Of a stretch of 64,000 nucleotides of DNA, positions 11,912 to 23,169 are shown piece after piece (the stretch's first letter is position 1; each line of letters starts with the position of its first letter). The stretch covers positions 5,766,001 through 5,830,000 of the forward strand of contig NC_043014.1 of assembly GCF_006345805.1 (NCBI RefSeq), given 5' to 3'. A program made the translations under genes and the position numbers. This DNA comes from Octopus sinensis. Taxonomy: Eukaryota. Below the pieces are notes generated by a model. That model was given only the letters and a program-made list of their open reading frames with translations, was not told the DNA's origin and did not search any database.

Positions 11912-13664
11912 TAACACACACACACACACACACTGACACACACACAGACACTGACATACACACACACACATAGTGACACACACACACATGTAAAGATGCG
12001 GGCTCGTACGAGCGACCGCAGTTCCTGTTGGGGCACAAGGTTGAAGTCAACTCCTCGAGCGAAGTATTTATCAAAGAGAAATACCGAAGTTAGGTAACTC
12101 ACGACAGACTCCAGCCTGGCGCTCTAATGGCGTCACTTACTCGTTGTTGTTGACTATATTTAAGTTAAAGCTATGGCTTTAAGTTTGTCCAGATATTCCC
12201 CTCTTCGGTATTTTCATTTGATAACGGCTGAACTGGAACCCGATAGGGAGCAGCACCTGACCGATATGCTGTTTTAGCAGCTTTTTGCACTGAATTTGCC
12301 TTTAGAGTTTGAAATATGCCATTAGCACATTTTAACGAACCTAAAAATTGCTTATGCCTAATACTGAGCGCTAATACTGTTCACTGGAAACGCCATGTTG
12401 AATGTTTCCATATATTCATTTGTCAATTTGCATTTCGTGCTTTCATATTACTTAATTATTATTCTTTTTCTCTAGCTTTTTCACAATCGAGCATTCTTAT
12501 GGCACGCAATTAATCGGACAAAAAACGTGCTGCCACCCACAGATCCCTCTTTCCACGGATACCTTCGTTTATCTGGCAGCCATTCTACAAACTCCCACAT
12601 TCAAGGAGCAATCATGCTGGGTAGAGTGTGAAAGACTCAACATGTTGCACTGATTCCACCTAATGTATATTTTATAAGTCGTCTTCCTTTCCTTACTAAG
12701 TCGTTTATGTGTGTTACAGTTATTGTATGCATGTATCTCGAAGCAAGTTCCTCTTCTGCGAGTTTGATAGTTTTATGTTACAGACGGAGATAATTTGTTG
12801 AACTCGATGTTTTATGGTGTTGCTGTAGATTCGGTTGATGCTGTTCCTGAAGTCTACTCATATTTCTTGGTGGTTTCATATTTTATTTTGGCACATCAGT
12901 TTTCAGGGAACGATGAGAGGCTGCGTGTGTAATGTGACGCGAGGCTGTGTGTGTGTGATTTTTGTAGAAAAGCGGGAATATGTGAATGTAGGTTGAATAT
13001 AGTTAATCGTGGGACGGGTACTTGTACCCTTGTCGAAAGTGTTTCGTGAAAACTTTAATGTGTTAGTAACCTGACAAGTAGTTAGGTAGTCAACATTTTG
13101 TGGTATTTCTTCAGTGGATATCAAATATCCTTTATTTGGTAATATCCGGGGATTGGATTGCAGAGGTTTCATCGCATCGATTGTAGTTACAATGATACGT
13201 ATGGGAGTATTTTTTTTATTAACCCATCATGATTTAGTGATGTTAGTTATAAGCTTTTATCGTGTTTTCTGAAGATTGATCATGAAAGGGAGATATATTT
13301 GTTCGGAGGTGTTTCATTTGGGGATTGTTTTCATTTTAAGACGGAATGCAACACACATTTAAACGAAACATCATTTTATTTCAATATTTAAATTTGATAA
13401 ACTGAACCTCATACAAAGTATTCTAGAATCATTCCCTGAGAATTACATGGTTCTGTTAAGCTATTTGTCACATTCTATGACGTCTCTGTTGTTTCGTTTT
13501 GAATATTTTCTATAAACTTGTAGCAGCAATTTATTTAACGACATATATTAGTCGGATAAAATATTGCGAAACACAATTACAATAAACGTATATGTTGCTT
13601 TATAATATTATATTTTATGATTCGCAAACATAAATTTTCATATAGAAACGAATGTAAATTCGAT

Positions 13665-14164
13665 TCAGTATTTACTGCACACAACGCAGGTTAATTCTCG
13701 ACCATCGACATACGGTGGACATGGCAATGAACCACAAGCAGCCTGAACGAAATACAGTAGAGCTCCGTTTTCGTTCCTGTAACCTGCTGGATCAGCTTCT
13801 GGAGCATAATCCACACACACATAATCATGTCTGCCCTTATGAGTATAATGCTCGGCCATCAAATATCCTGAATATTCAGCTGTCCAACCAGGGTAACACT
13901 GTGTCCTGGCTGGTAACATCATAACAACAGCAGGTTGTCGTGTCAAACAGACAGCACACGGAACGTTGTGATTATGAATTGAATCAGCGTTAGCAAAAGA
14001 AAAGAGTTTATTTCTTGGGTATAAACCTAGTTCATATTCACTGCCATGAATGTAACCACTTTTTTCATCTCCTGTCGTATAATTGGCCCAAATGGGATCG
14101 ATGGGTAGACATAAGTAATTACTTCCGCCACCTGTGAGCTCGAACTATTGTCCACCAGCCACAC
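13665..14164 (-). pseudogene. Gene copy B exon 4 (C4-like domain) with an in-frame TAG at 14145-14147
   Basis: Acceptor TTCTAG ends at 14165. Reads G-VAGGQ*FELTGGGSNYLCLPIDPIWANYT...CVVCSKY-TGA; same 500-nt length as the C exon. Confidence 0.85.
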
Positions 14165-14375
14165 CTAGAATTGGTAAGAATAAATCAAGTAAAAAAGATG
14201 TTAAGCAAAATTATATATGAAATAACGGAAACATTCATTACAATTTGACCCTTAAAAGAAATCATGCGTAGCCACGTGTGAACGAATTGTGGTGTATGTA
14301 TGTTAGTGTTTATGTGAGTGTAAGCTGTGTGTTGAGGTATGCATGAGATCGTAGCTGTGCATTTGCCTTCTCATC

Positions 14376-14409
<34 letters not shown>

Positions 14410-15867
14410 TAATAAGCAACTAGGATATATAGAGATGATGCGGTACGATTGTTTCATACAACTCCATTTATATATATATATATATGTTTTGTGTATACGG
14501 GCAGGTATTTCTGGTTACGGCGTGGATTATTATGTATGCTTGCATGGGGTAGGTGATTTTCGGTGAATGTCAATAGATGGAGAAAAAGAAAGATATTTTA
14601 TAACGCATGCACTCGTGTTTATCCGAAATGGAAAAGATGTTCACGTGTGAACGGGGATATTTTGGGTGGTGGAAATTGTTGGTGGTTTGAGTAGGACAAT
14701 ACGGGAGACGACGAGATGCAGAGAAGTGGTGGGTAACCGTCGATGAAATGTTGTTTAGTCGATCGTACGAGAGTCAGTGGCTAAACCTCTCGTTTAGACT
14801 CGGACGAATCAGGCTTACATAGACGTTATGATCACACAGACTTTTTTTCATGCAATACACAGAAACGAGGTGGGAGGAAAAATTGTGAGGTTCAGTGATG
14901 GCGTAGTGCTTAAGATGAATGGACGGCGGAGTCGGCGATCGATAAAGGATACGTGTAGGGTTTATGGAGAGCAGATTCGGAGCATTTTTAGGGATTGTGA
15001 GGTTGATTAGGGAAGCCGTTGGAAGCAGCAGATTTAGATTGGAAGTTTCGGAATTACCTTACAAAGATATACTGGATAATTAATGAGGTGATGTGGTGCA
15101 TGAAAAGAGCAAGGTTTTAGCGATAAGACGATTTCGGTGAACGGAGAAGAATAGAATTGCTTTCTGTACTCTGTTGTGTTCTCTCACTAATATTTAGTCT
15201 CTCTCTATTTTACTTAATGAATAAAGTCCTTAGCTTTTTCCATCAATTACAGTATGTGGCTTGTCCAGTCCTCATTCTACATTCTGCGTTCATTTCATTA
15301 ATCGTTTACAGTCACTGTCATCAATTCTAATAGACTCTTTTCAATTTAGCCCACACCTACGATCACTGGGCACTCTAGTTAATGATAGTCAAGTGGCTAC
15401 TTTTCAGCTCTGGTCACTCACGTACAATACCACCATCCGTAGCCAGTACACTTGACCACCAGTTAGCAGCCTCGGTATTTGATATCTACAATCCAAAGCT
15501 GGTCAGCCTGAAATTCTTGATCGCCATGGTGGTTTTCAGTCCCGCCCCTATCTGTAATTTAACGTAGAGATATTCTGTGGTTAGACAATATCCTTTTCAC
15601 TTGGTCCGTAGCAGACAACATATAATATTGTGATTTGACCAAATACCTACAAAGGAGTAAGCAGTCTTGTGTAGTGTCTGTATAGTCTTCAGGTATAGAC
15701 GTTTGAAACGTGACATATCATAAAAGGATTTGAGAATGTTTATGTCAGACAACCCGACAAAGGGTGTGTGTGCGTGTGAGTGAGAGAGAGTGTGAGAGAG
15801 AATGAGGGGCGACAAAATGAGAAAGACAAAAAGAGAATGAGAGGTCAGAAATATAAAGTATACTCAC

Positions 15868-15942
15868 CGTCATATACAAGTTTTGAATAAGGAGGACATG
15901 TTGTTCTGCCCCACCGGGTATACAATGATCCGAGACCGGGTT
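15868..15942 (-). CDS. Gene copy B exon 3 (75 nt, phase 1-1)
   Basis: CACAG acceptor and GTGAGT donor; encodes (K)PGLGSLYTRWGRTTCPPYSKLVYD(G), the YxRWGRxxCP motif that opens this domain family. Confidence 0.9.
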
Positions 15943-16619
15943 CTGTGATATTAAAATGAAATAATGTAGTTTAAAAGAAAGAATTGGGGGATCATTTACA
16001 AAGTAGGATGCTGGATGGGAAGGAATTGATGGAGAAGAGAGAAATATAGAATTTAAGAAAGAACGAGTGAATGAATGAAAGTCAGAACGAAAGATGTAAG
16101 TAATAAGAATAAATTGTAAAGAAAGAAAAAAGACATTTGTCTGTTGAGCCTGTTGGTGACGTTGATGTCAAAGATTTGAGAGATTAATCTCAGAATATCA
16201 GAATGTGTATCGGTCTCCGCTATGAACGGATGTATGTATGATACGTAAACTTGGGTATGAGTATATATACTTCTCAATAGAATAATGATAAAACTCAATA
16301 GAATAATGATAAAATATTCGCCAGGTGCCAATATTCATCGGTCAATTACAAATATCAGTTTGGAGCTCGGCGCAAATAAGGCCATCATAACTACAATATG
16401 AAAATAACAACCATACCGCATCATAGTTAAAAGACATCGCATCCGGATCTCGAGTAGAGGAGTCCGTTCGATAAATGTATAGCACACCACACCCAATACC
16501 GCTGCAAACAGCAAGAAGCCTGCAACTTAATCTGGGGTGCGTGGGGTGGGAGTACATAACTGACGGTCTCAGGAAACCAAAGCAGATCAAGAAGGGAACA
16601 ACCTTTAATAATTGAGAAT

Positions 16620-18410
16620 TAAAACGTCAAAATTGTTAGATATAATCTGCCTGTAAGATATAAGCGGTGTCTCCTGTACAAAATTTCGTTTCTCCGATAG
16701 CGTACACCTGGATATAGGCTTGAAACTCCACTACGCAACTGTGGTGTCAACAATGTCTGCACAGGTGGGATTAATATACTCTCAATCTCCAGCTTTCGGA
16801 TTGTATTATGGAGTGAAACCTGCTAGGTGTGAGGGTTCACCTCTTGAAGCTAAGGCTGAATAAGAAGGACCACTGTGGCTGCTGTAAGTATATTCAGGAA
16901 ACAGAGGGGTCAAATACAAATCCTACCTAAGAAAATTCACCACAACTTTAGATATATTTGGGGTAAAGTCATTTGTCTTGCAAGGAGACTTCAGTGCACA
17001 CCTTGGCACTGATAACCGTGAGAAGTATTGATTGGAAGGAATGTCGTCAGTGAACTTAATGGAGAGGTCATAGCAGCCTTCTGTCTAGGATACACACTCT
17101 CCTCTCTATGGTATAGATATTATTTTAAGACAGGGATATTTATAAGGGAGCCTAGTATAGAAATACTTGGTGACAGAAGTTTTTGATAGATTTCGGTCAT
17201 CTTTCACTCTTTGCTGAACGTTCGGGTAAAAGGAAGGGGTGGAGTTGTCAACTGATCACTACCTAAATGTCTAAAAGCCTGAAAATTCCTACAGTCTGCC
17301 GAACACTGGAAATTGGTAAGTCCAGTGCGACCTACAGAATACAGTTGAAAGCCCCAGTGGATGCTGGAATCAGATATAAAATTGTGGTGACTTTTGCATC
17401 CAAATTGAGAGTGACCCGCCTGAATGAAGTTGGACATCGAAATGGATTCGTGATTGTATTATGTTTTTCGGCAGGTTCTTCTTCGGTTGAAGGCTTATTT
17501 GAGCTAAACTCACTTAAAAGTGATAAAGCTGCTGGTGAAAAGCACGTTCGGCTTGATATTTTAGAAACCTTAAATAGAGATGGTATTCTCTAAGTGACCC
17601 GTGTATGCTAGGTGGATGGGACCTCTGGAAAAAACACCAAGGCAATGGTAATATAGGCTGACAATCACAATTTTTTCAAACAAAGACCGAAGAGTGTGTT
17701 CTAATTATAGAAAAGTCTACACTAGATGTCAGGGAAATATATGTAGGCAAATTGTCATGCCCAAGATTACTGTCGGGGACGCAGTACACCCGACCAGATA
17801 GTCATTCAAAAGTGATCTTCCAGCAAACATTGAAATATTTCCAAGGTTTATACGCTGTAAAGCACGAAATGGCACGCGATCACGTGCCCTGGGGCATGTT
17901 GCGGATGGTTTACCAAGAAGGTGAGTTTAATGGGCAAATACTGGTTGCCATGAAGTACTTATATGGATGTTCAAATGATTGTATTTATGTAAAAGTCGAA
18001 AGTTTACAACGTGATGGTTTCACTTAGTTGAAGTGTGCATTGTTAGTGCCCCTTCTCACATTCTTTTTTATGATCTGGTTGAATATGCGCAGCCATTGTG
18101 GTAGAAGTATCCAAATTCATCTCTACCTGATCGGTCGACTGTTATTTGTAGACGACATGCTGCTACCTGATTCGTTTGATGGTCACCAACAACGTGCACT
18201 GAATTGGTTGGCTGACGAGTACTCCAAGGCAGGATTGACAAATACGCACTGTGTAGGAAAGTGGAATATCATTATTTCGGGTCTCTATTCACGAACGACT
18301 GGAAGCACTAGAGTGGACAGAATGCTGAATTGTAGATATAAACGCAGTGAAGCGCCAGCTCGGGCATTTGATTCTCAGATGAAGAGGGCTTGGTACAATT
18401 ATCGACGTTG
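16620..18410 (+). mobile_element. Degenerate RTE-clade LINE (APE + RT) antisense in intron 2 of copy B
   Basis: SFVLQGDFSAHLGTD (APE); SLKSDKAAGEKHVRLDILETLNRDGIL...KDRRVCSNYR and LLFVDD (RT), resembling RTE/Expander; many stops. Confidence 0.8.
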
Positions 18411-18638
18411 CACTGCATATATCCTCATATACACACAATAATTGTTATAGTATATTAGAATAACATTTTATTTAGGAAATTATTGTAAAGGAGAATATAT
18501 TTTAAAATAAATTCAGGCAAGTGTCTTATCATATATTATTGTGGACATATGGATATTAATGTGGAAGTAATTCAAAGTTGGTGAAATTAAAAATCATTAG
18601 TCAATGAGTCACGGTTTAGCTATAAAATTAGTTCTTAC

Positions 18639-18690
18639 TTGGCGTGTCATCAGGTTTATCGTCGAAAAAATTCTTGGGGATGAAACGTTT
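18639..18690 (-). CDS. Gene copy B exon 2 (52 nt, phase 0-1), stalk
   Basis: TTTCACAG acceptor and GTAAGA donor; KRFIPKNFFDDKPDDTP(K). Phases fit exon 1 and exon 3 exactly; conserved in copy C. Confidence 0.85.
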
Positions 18691-19349
18691 CTGTGAAATG
18701 ATAGAAATAGCATCATATAAATAGTACTTCAGGATATTTATTATCGTTTAGAACTTAAAACAATGCAATAGATGACAACATATTCGGACAGGTATCATTG
18801 CCAACATTACCATCTCAACCCCATAGGAATCTTCTAGAAGGCGCTTCAATCCAGTCAAACGATTTCTGAACAATATCAGACAATACAATTCTGCATTTCG
18901 TTTGGTGAATCTAAGAAGATAGATAAACATGAATTTACGCCGACCTCAAAGTTCAAGAACAAGTCTATCCCCTCATTGGTTCTCTGGTACCCGCGACTGA
19001 ACAACCACAGTTCCTCCAAATTTACTCTATGAGTGATGTAGGACAACAAACCCGACGTGAGGTGTCAAAATTTCCGATGATGGGTCGTGTTAGACACAGG
19101 GCACACTGCTGCAAAGGAGAGTATATCCACTGACAGCTTTTTGGTGCGTTCAAAAATCACAGAATCCCCACCTCCAATTTTGCATGAAAGGTTAGGGCCT
19201 GAAACACTCCAAACGGACGCATAGCATGTTGCTTAGTCGAATTAGCCCAGCATTTACTCTACAAATGTTTTGTTGTCAATGTTGCACTTTCCCATATCAC
19301 CTGTTTCAAAATGACTGGAATATATTATATACCAACTTTGCCATTTTAA

Positions 19350-19378
19350 TCACCAGCAATGCCGGGTATGTCTGCTAG
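19350..19378 (+). mobile_element. Helitron-like 3' terminus remnant (also at 50281-50307)
   Basis: CCAGCAATGCCGGGTATGTCTGCTAG|T, same pattern as the 3' end of the element at 21285-21647; no 5' end found. Confidence 0.5.
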
Positions 19379-19556
19379 TACACACACACATATTTCTACA
19401 TATATATATATATGTATATATACACACACACACACACATGTATATATATATAGTTAAATTTAATCCAAACAAGAAAGCACAAAAAAACGCAACAATGCGA
19501 GGACGTGGAACAAATATAGTATTATTGGACGCTCAGGAAAGAAGGAAAGAAGGAGG

Positions 19557-19591
19557 GTTTAACGTTTCAAGCGGAGCTCTTCGTCGGAAAC
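19557..19591 (-). ncRNA. Degenerate minimal hammerhead motif in a pseudo-LTR fragment (core CCGACGA); paralog at 51136-51170 (core CTAACGA)
   Basis: gttt-CCGACGA-AGAGC...GAAA-CG-TT-aaac; palindromic stem III (AACGTT). Confidence 0.45.
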
Positions 19592-20856
19592 ATACGAGAA
19601 CGAAAGATCCAGAGAAGGGAAGATAGAGGAAAAAAAATCGCCAACGGTACACACGCAGTCACATTTTGAATGACCGGAAGGAAATGGGTGAAGAAAAGTT
19701 CTTTCAAAGACAGGACAGTGGTTCTTTGAAAGAGGAGGAGGAATTTTTGTGTAAGTGTGGATATGTGTGAGCCCGGAGGTCTGCGTGTGCGTGTGTGTGT
19801 ATGTGTGCAATGATGACACGTGTGTGTGTGTGTGTGTGTATGTGTGTGTGGTTGTGGCTGTTAATCTTTGCGTGTTGTAGGGTTAGTAGTGTTAAGATCA
19901 AGGGAGAAGGAATTGGGCGTGGCTCCTTTTGTCTCTACCCCAGGTCAAGTAGTAGGTACTGCTAGTTTGATGTATGTGTGTGTGTGCGTGTATGTATATG
20001 TATCGTGTGTGTGTTTTGCTTGTAGTGTGTGTGTGTGTATGTATGTGTGTGTTCGTGTGTGTATGCGTAGAGTTTGCGTGTTTGGCGATTAACTGTGCTT
20101 TACTTAGTGTATGTTTGCGTGTGTGTATATGTGTGCAATGATGCCACGTGTGTGTGTATGTGTGTGTTTCGTTTGTAGTGTGTGTGTATGTGTGTGTAAG
20201 CGTGGAGTTTGGGTGTGTGGCGAATAACTGTGCGTATGTGTGTATACATGTATGTATAATTGTGTGCGTGTATGTATAATTGTGTGCCGTGTGTATGGGA
20301 TGTATGTGTGGGTTCATTTGTGTGTGTGTATGTATGTGCGTGCGTGTGTTTTATGTGCGTGTAGTTGTATGTGCGTGTACATGTGCGTTTGTATGTGTTT
20401 GTGTAAGCGTATATGGGTGTAGATACGTGTATCAGTGGGGTTGTGAGTTTTGAATGTGTGCATTCGTGTGCGTGTGTGCGTGCGTATGTGTGCGCATATT
20501 GTTGCGTGCGTGTGTGTGTGTGCCTGTGTCTATATGTGTATACGTATATGTATGTGTGTGTGTGCGTGCGTGTGCTTGTGTGCGTGTGTCGCAGGAGCGC
20601 AACAGAAACCGTCTAAATACTTCTCATGCAATGTGTATACAACAAATATCAAGAGAAAAATGCGCGCTGACAAACGGGGGCGTGGGGAGGGGGCTCGGAA
20701 AATACCCACGATCAACCGTAGAGAATCCGAGCAATAAACCTCAACGCCCGGTACAGGAGCGCAACAGAAACCGTCTAAATACTTCTCATGCAATGTATAT
20801 ACAACAAATATTGTTGGGTGGACAAACACACACACACACACATATATAGATATATA

Positions 20857-21010
20857 CGACGGGCTTCTTAAAGGTTCCGTCTACCAAACCCACTCACAAG
20901 GCTTTTGCTGGCTCGAGGCTATAGTAGAAGACACTTGACCAAGGTACCACGCAGTGGGACTGAACCCGGAACCATGTGGTTGGTGAGGAAGCTACTTACC
21001 ACACAGCCAT
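20857..21010 (-). mobile_element. tRNA-derived SINE family 2, head portion
   Basis: Reverse complement: GGCTGTGTGGTAAGTAGC...GGTTCCGGGTTCAGTCCCACTGCGTGG...TTGGTCAAGTGTCTTCTACTATAGCC. Confidence 0.75.
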
Positions 21011-21284
21011 CCACTCTTTCTCGAACACATCTCTTCTAAACCCTGCCAACGCTGTTTCCCCGAACACACTTCTCGACAAAACTCATATTTTTTTGTAACT
21101 TTCAAATAAAATAATAATAAAAAACAACCTTAATTTCATATTGATGTGGGGAAAATACTCCGAAAGAAATATTTGCAGAAAGGTGAGTAGATTCATTACA
21201 CAATTCATTTCATTGTGTTACCGCAGTTTAGTGAGATTTGGCTGTTATTTCTAGCATGAAAATAGCCGGCTTGAGGGAGATATA

Positions 21285-21647
21285 TCTTTATATATAAAAG
21301 TGTGGTTGTGTGCTATCTGTCTCCTACGATTTAGATTCCTAACTACTCCCACATTTTGCGGTGCAGTTTAACCGAAACCGGGTATCTTATAGTCGTGATT
21401 CATATCGAGCCCTACGATGCGTCTACGATTTAAAGAAAAATTTACCATCAATTTTCCCCATTTTTAACGCATTTTTGGCATAAGGGAAGTAACTCTCTAA
21501 AAATGTATTATTAAATCTCAGAACGTAAAAAGCTACAGTAACCCCCCCCCTTTGTGGTTAACCATATTGAGATGGCTTTACATCTCTAAAAATGCTTATA
21601 TAGTTATTTCCCTCACAAACCCGAGCAACGCCGGGCGATACTGCTAG
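21285..21647 (+). mobile_element. Non-autonomous Helitron (363 bp)
   Basis: A|TCTTTATATATAAAAG ... CCCGAGCAACGCCGGG hairpin, 8 nt, CTAG|T: 5' TC, 3' CTAG, subterminal hairpin, inserted between A and T. Confidence 0.8.
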
Positions 21648-21697
<50 letters not shown>

Positions 21698-22099
21698 ACA
21701 AACAAAAAGTGAAAACTGAAGTAATGGAATTTGAATTTTTGAAGTTGCGATTGATAATTATTCTGTGACAATCAATAATATTGTGAAAATATAATCTGTA
21801 CTTACCACATGCGTGGTAGATTTGCTGATTATTTTCAACAAATCTACCACGCTTCTATTTCAAATTCTTTAACGTTGTCAGTTGTTGAGCAGCCTCGTGG
21901 AAATTGGTCGAACATCTTTATTGCCCAGCGCGCTTTTTGTTCGTCATTTTCCTTCAATATACGATGCCTTACACCTGTTACACATATTTTTTCCATTTTT
22001 GCCACTTGGGCGCGGATCCTCTACGGTTGATCGTGGGAATTTTCAGAGCCCCCTCCCTCCCCCCGTTTCTCACTACTTCCACTCATTCATATTCTCCCT

Positions 22100-22270
22100 T
22101 CTCTTTTTTCTTCTTCTTCCTCTTCTTCTTCATCATCATCATTATCATCATCATCGTCGTCATCATCATCTTCTCCTTCTCCTTCTTCTTCTTCTTCATC
22201 ATCATCATCATCATCAACATCATCATCTTTTTCTTCTTCTTCTTCTTCTTCTTCTTCTTCTTCTTCTTCT
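22100..22270. repeat. (CTT)n/(CAT)n trinucleotide tract
   Basis: Direct inspection. Confidence 0.9.
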
Positions 22271-22795
22271 CCACCTTCTACCTCTTAACTTTATCACTAA
22301 TGCTTTTTAGTATAACACCTACGCAAATTCCATAAACAAACCTTTCAATAGAAATATTCTCCTGAATTGAACTGCAACTGCTAGCCGTCACTGACCATTC
22401 AAAATACGACAATCAAGGCACTTTCAAATTTTTCCACCCCCTCTCCTCATCAACCTTCTTCTTCTTCTTCTTCTACCCTACCAAGAATTCACAACGACCT
22501 CGAACACACAAATGCAAACAAGGGAGACAGAGAAAGGCAGATTGCCACTTATATTTGAACACTATACAAATATTCCTTTATCGTTATGTTTACGTTGAGT
22601 TTCAACGTAAACATAACGATGTAAGAAATTTGAAAAGCTGAACACGAACCCGGACTTTCTTCAAAAACTATGTCATTGTAGGAAAAAAATTTATAACAAT
22701 CTTCAGACATATTGACTCAAATATATATGTTTTTAACATTTTAAGACAAGCCTTCCGTAGTTTTTTTCACTTTTTACTATTTTCTCTCTCTCCTC

Positions 22796-22931
<136 letters not shown>

Positions 22932-23123
22932 TTAGTGAATAAATCCAAATTTACAGGGAAAAATCAGATTTAGGATTGAATCCAATTTTATAGTAAAATA
23001 TTATATTATATTAAATTAGAGACAAAACCACTATTATGCAAATCTACAAAGAAAGACTCTAGGTATTGGCTTAAGTCTTTGTTTGATTTGCATAATAGTC
23101 GTTTTGTCTCTAATTTAATATAA

Positions 23124-23162
<39 letters not shown>

Positions 23163-23169
23163 CATTACA

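Larger units (their letters stand above)
9370..11990 (-). pseudogene. Relic copy E: intron-1 and promoter-side flanks of the gene unit, with exon 1 missing
   Basis: 9370-10473 is colinear with 53355-54960 and 11750-11990 with 55500-55720; the mariner lies between them in place of the exon-1 segment. Confidence 0.65.

Noticed and set aside
12142-12330. Possible minus-strand exon ending at a GTAAGT donor (12141-12136)
   Set aside because: The open frame has a stop before the donor, there is no recognisable product, and no counterpart in the other gene units.
14540-15130. Shared intron-3 block (also 45480-46130 and 61280-61660) with weak Penelope-like translation
   Set aside because: Too degenerate to assign; no diagnostic motif is fully intact. 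Needs a profile search.
17267-18441. ORFs 17267, 17752 and 18028 (and 48235, 48997) as host genes
   Set aside because: They are fragments or off-frame readings of the decayed RTE LINE.
18748-18930. Hydrophobic ORF just upstream of exon 2 as a candidate first exon
   Set aside because: No in-phase GT donor before the stop, it is too close to the exon-2 acceptor, and it is disrupted in copy C. The 144-nt exon with GTAAGT fits the phase exactly.
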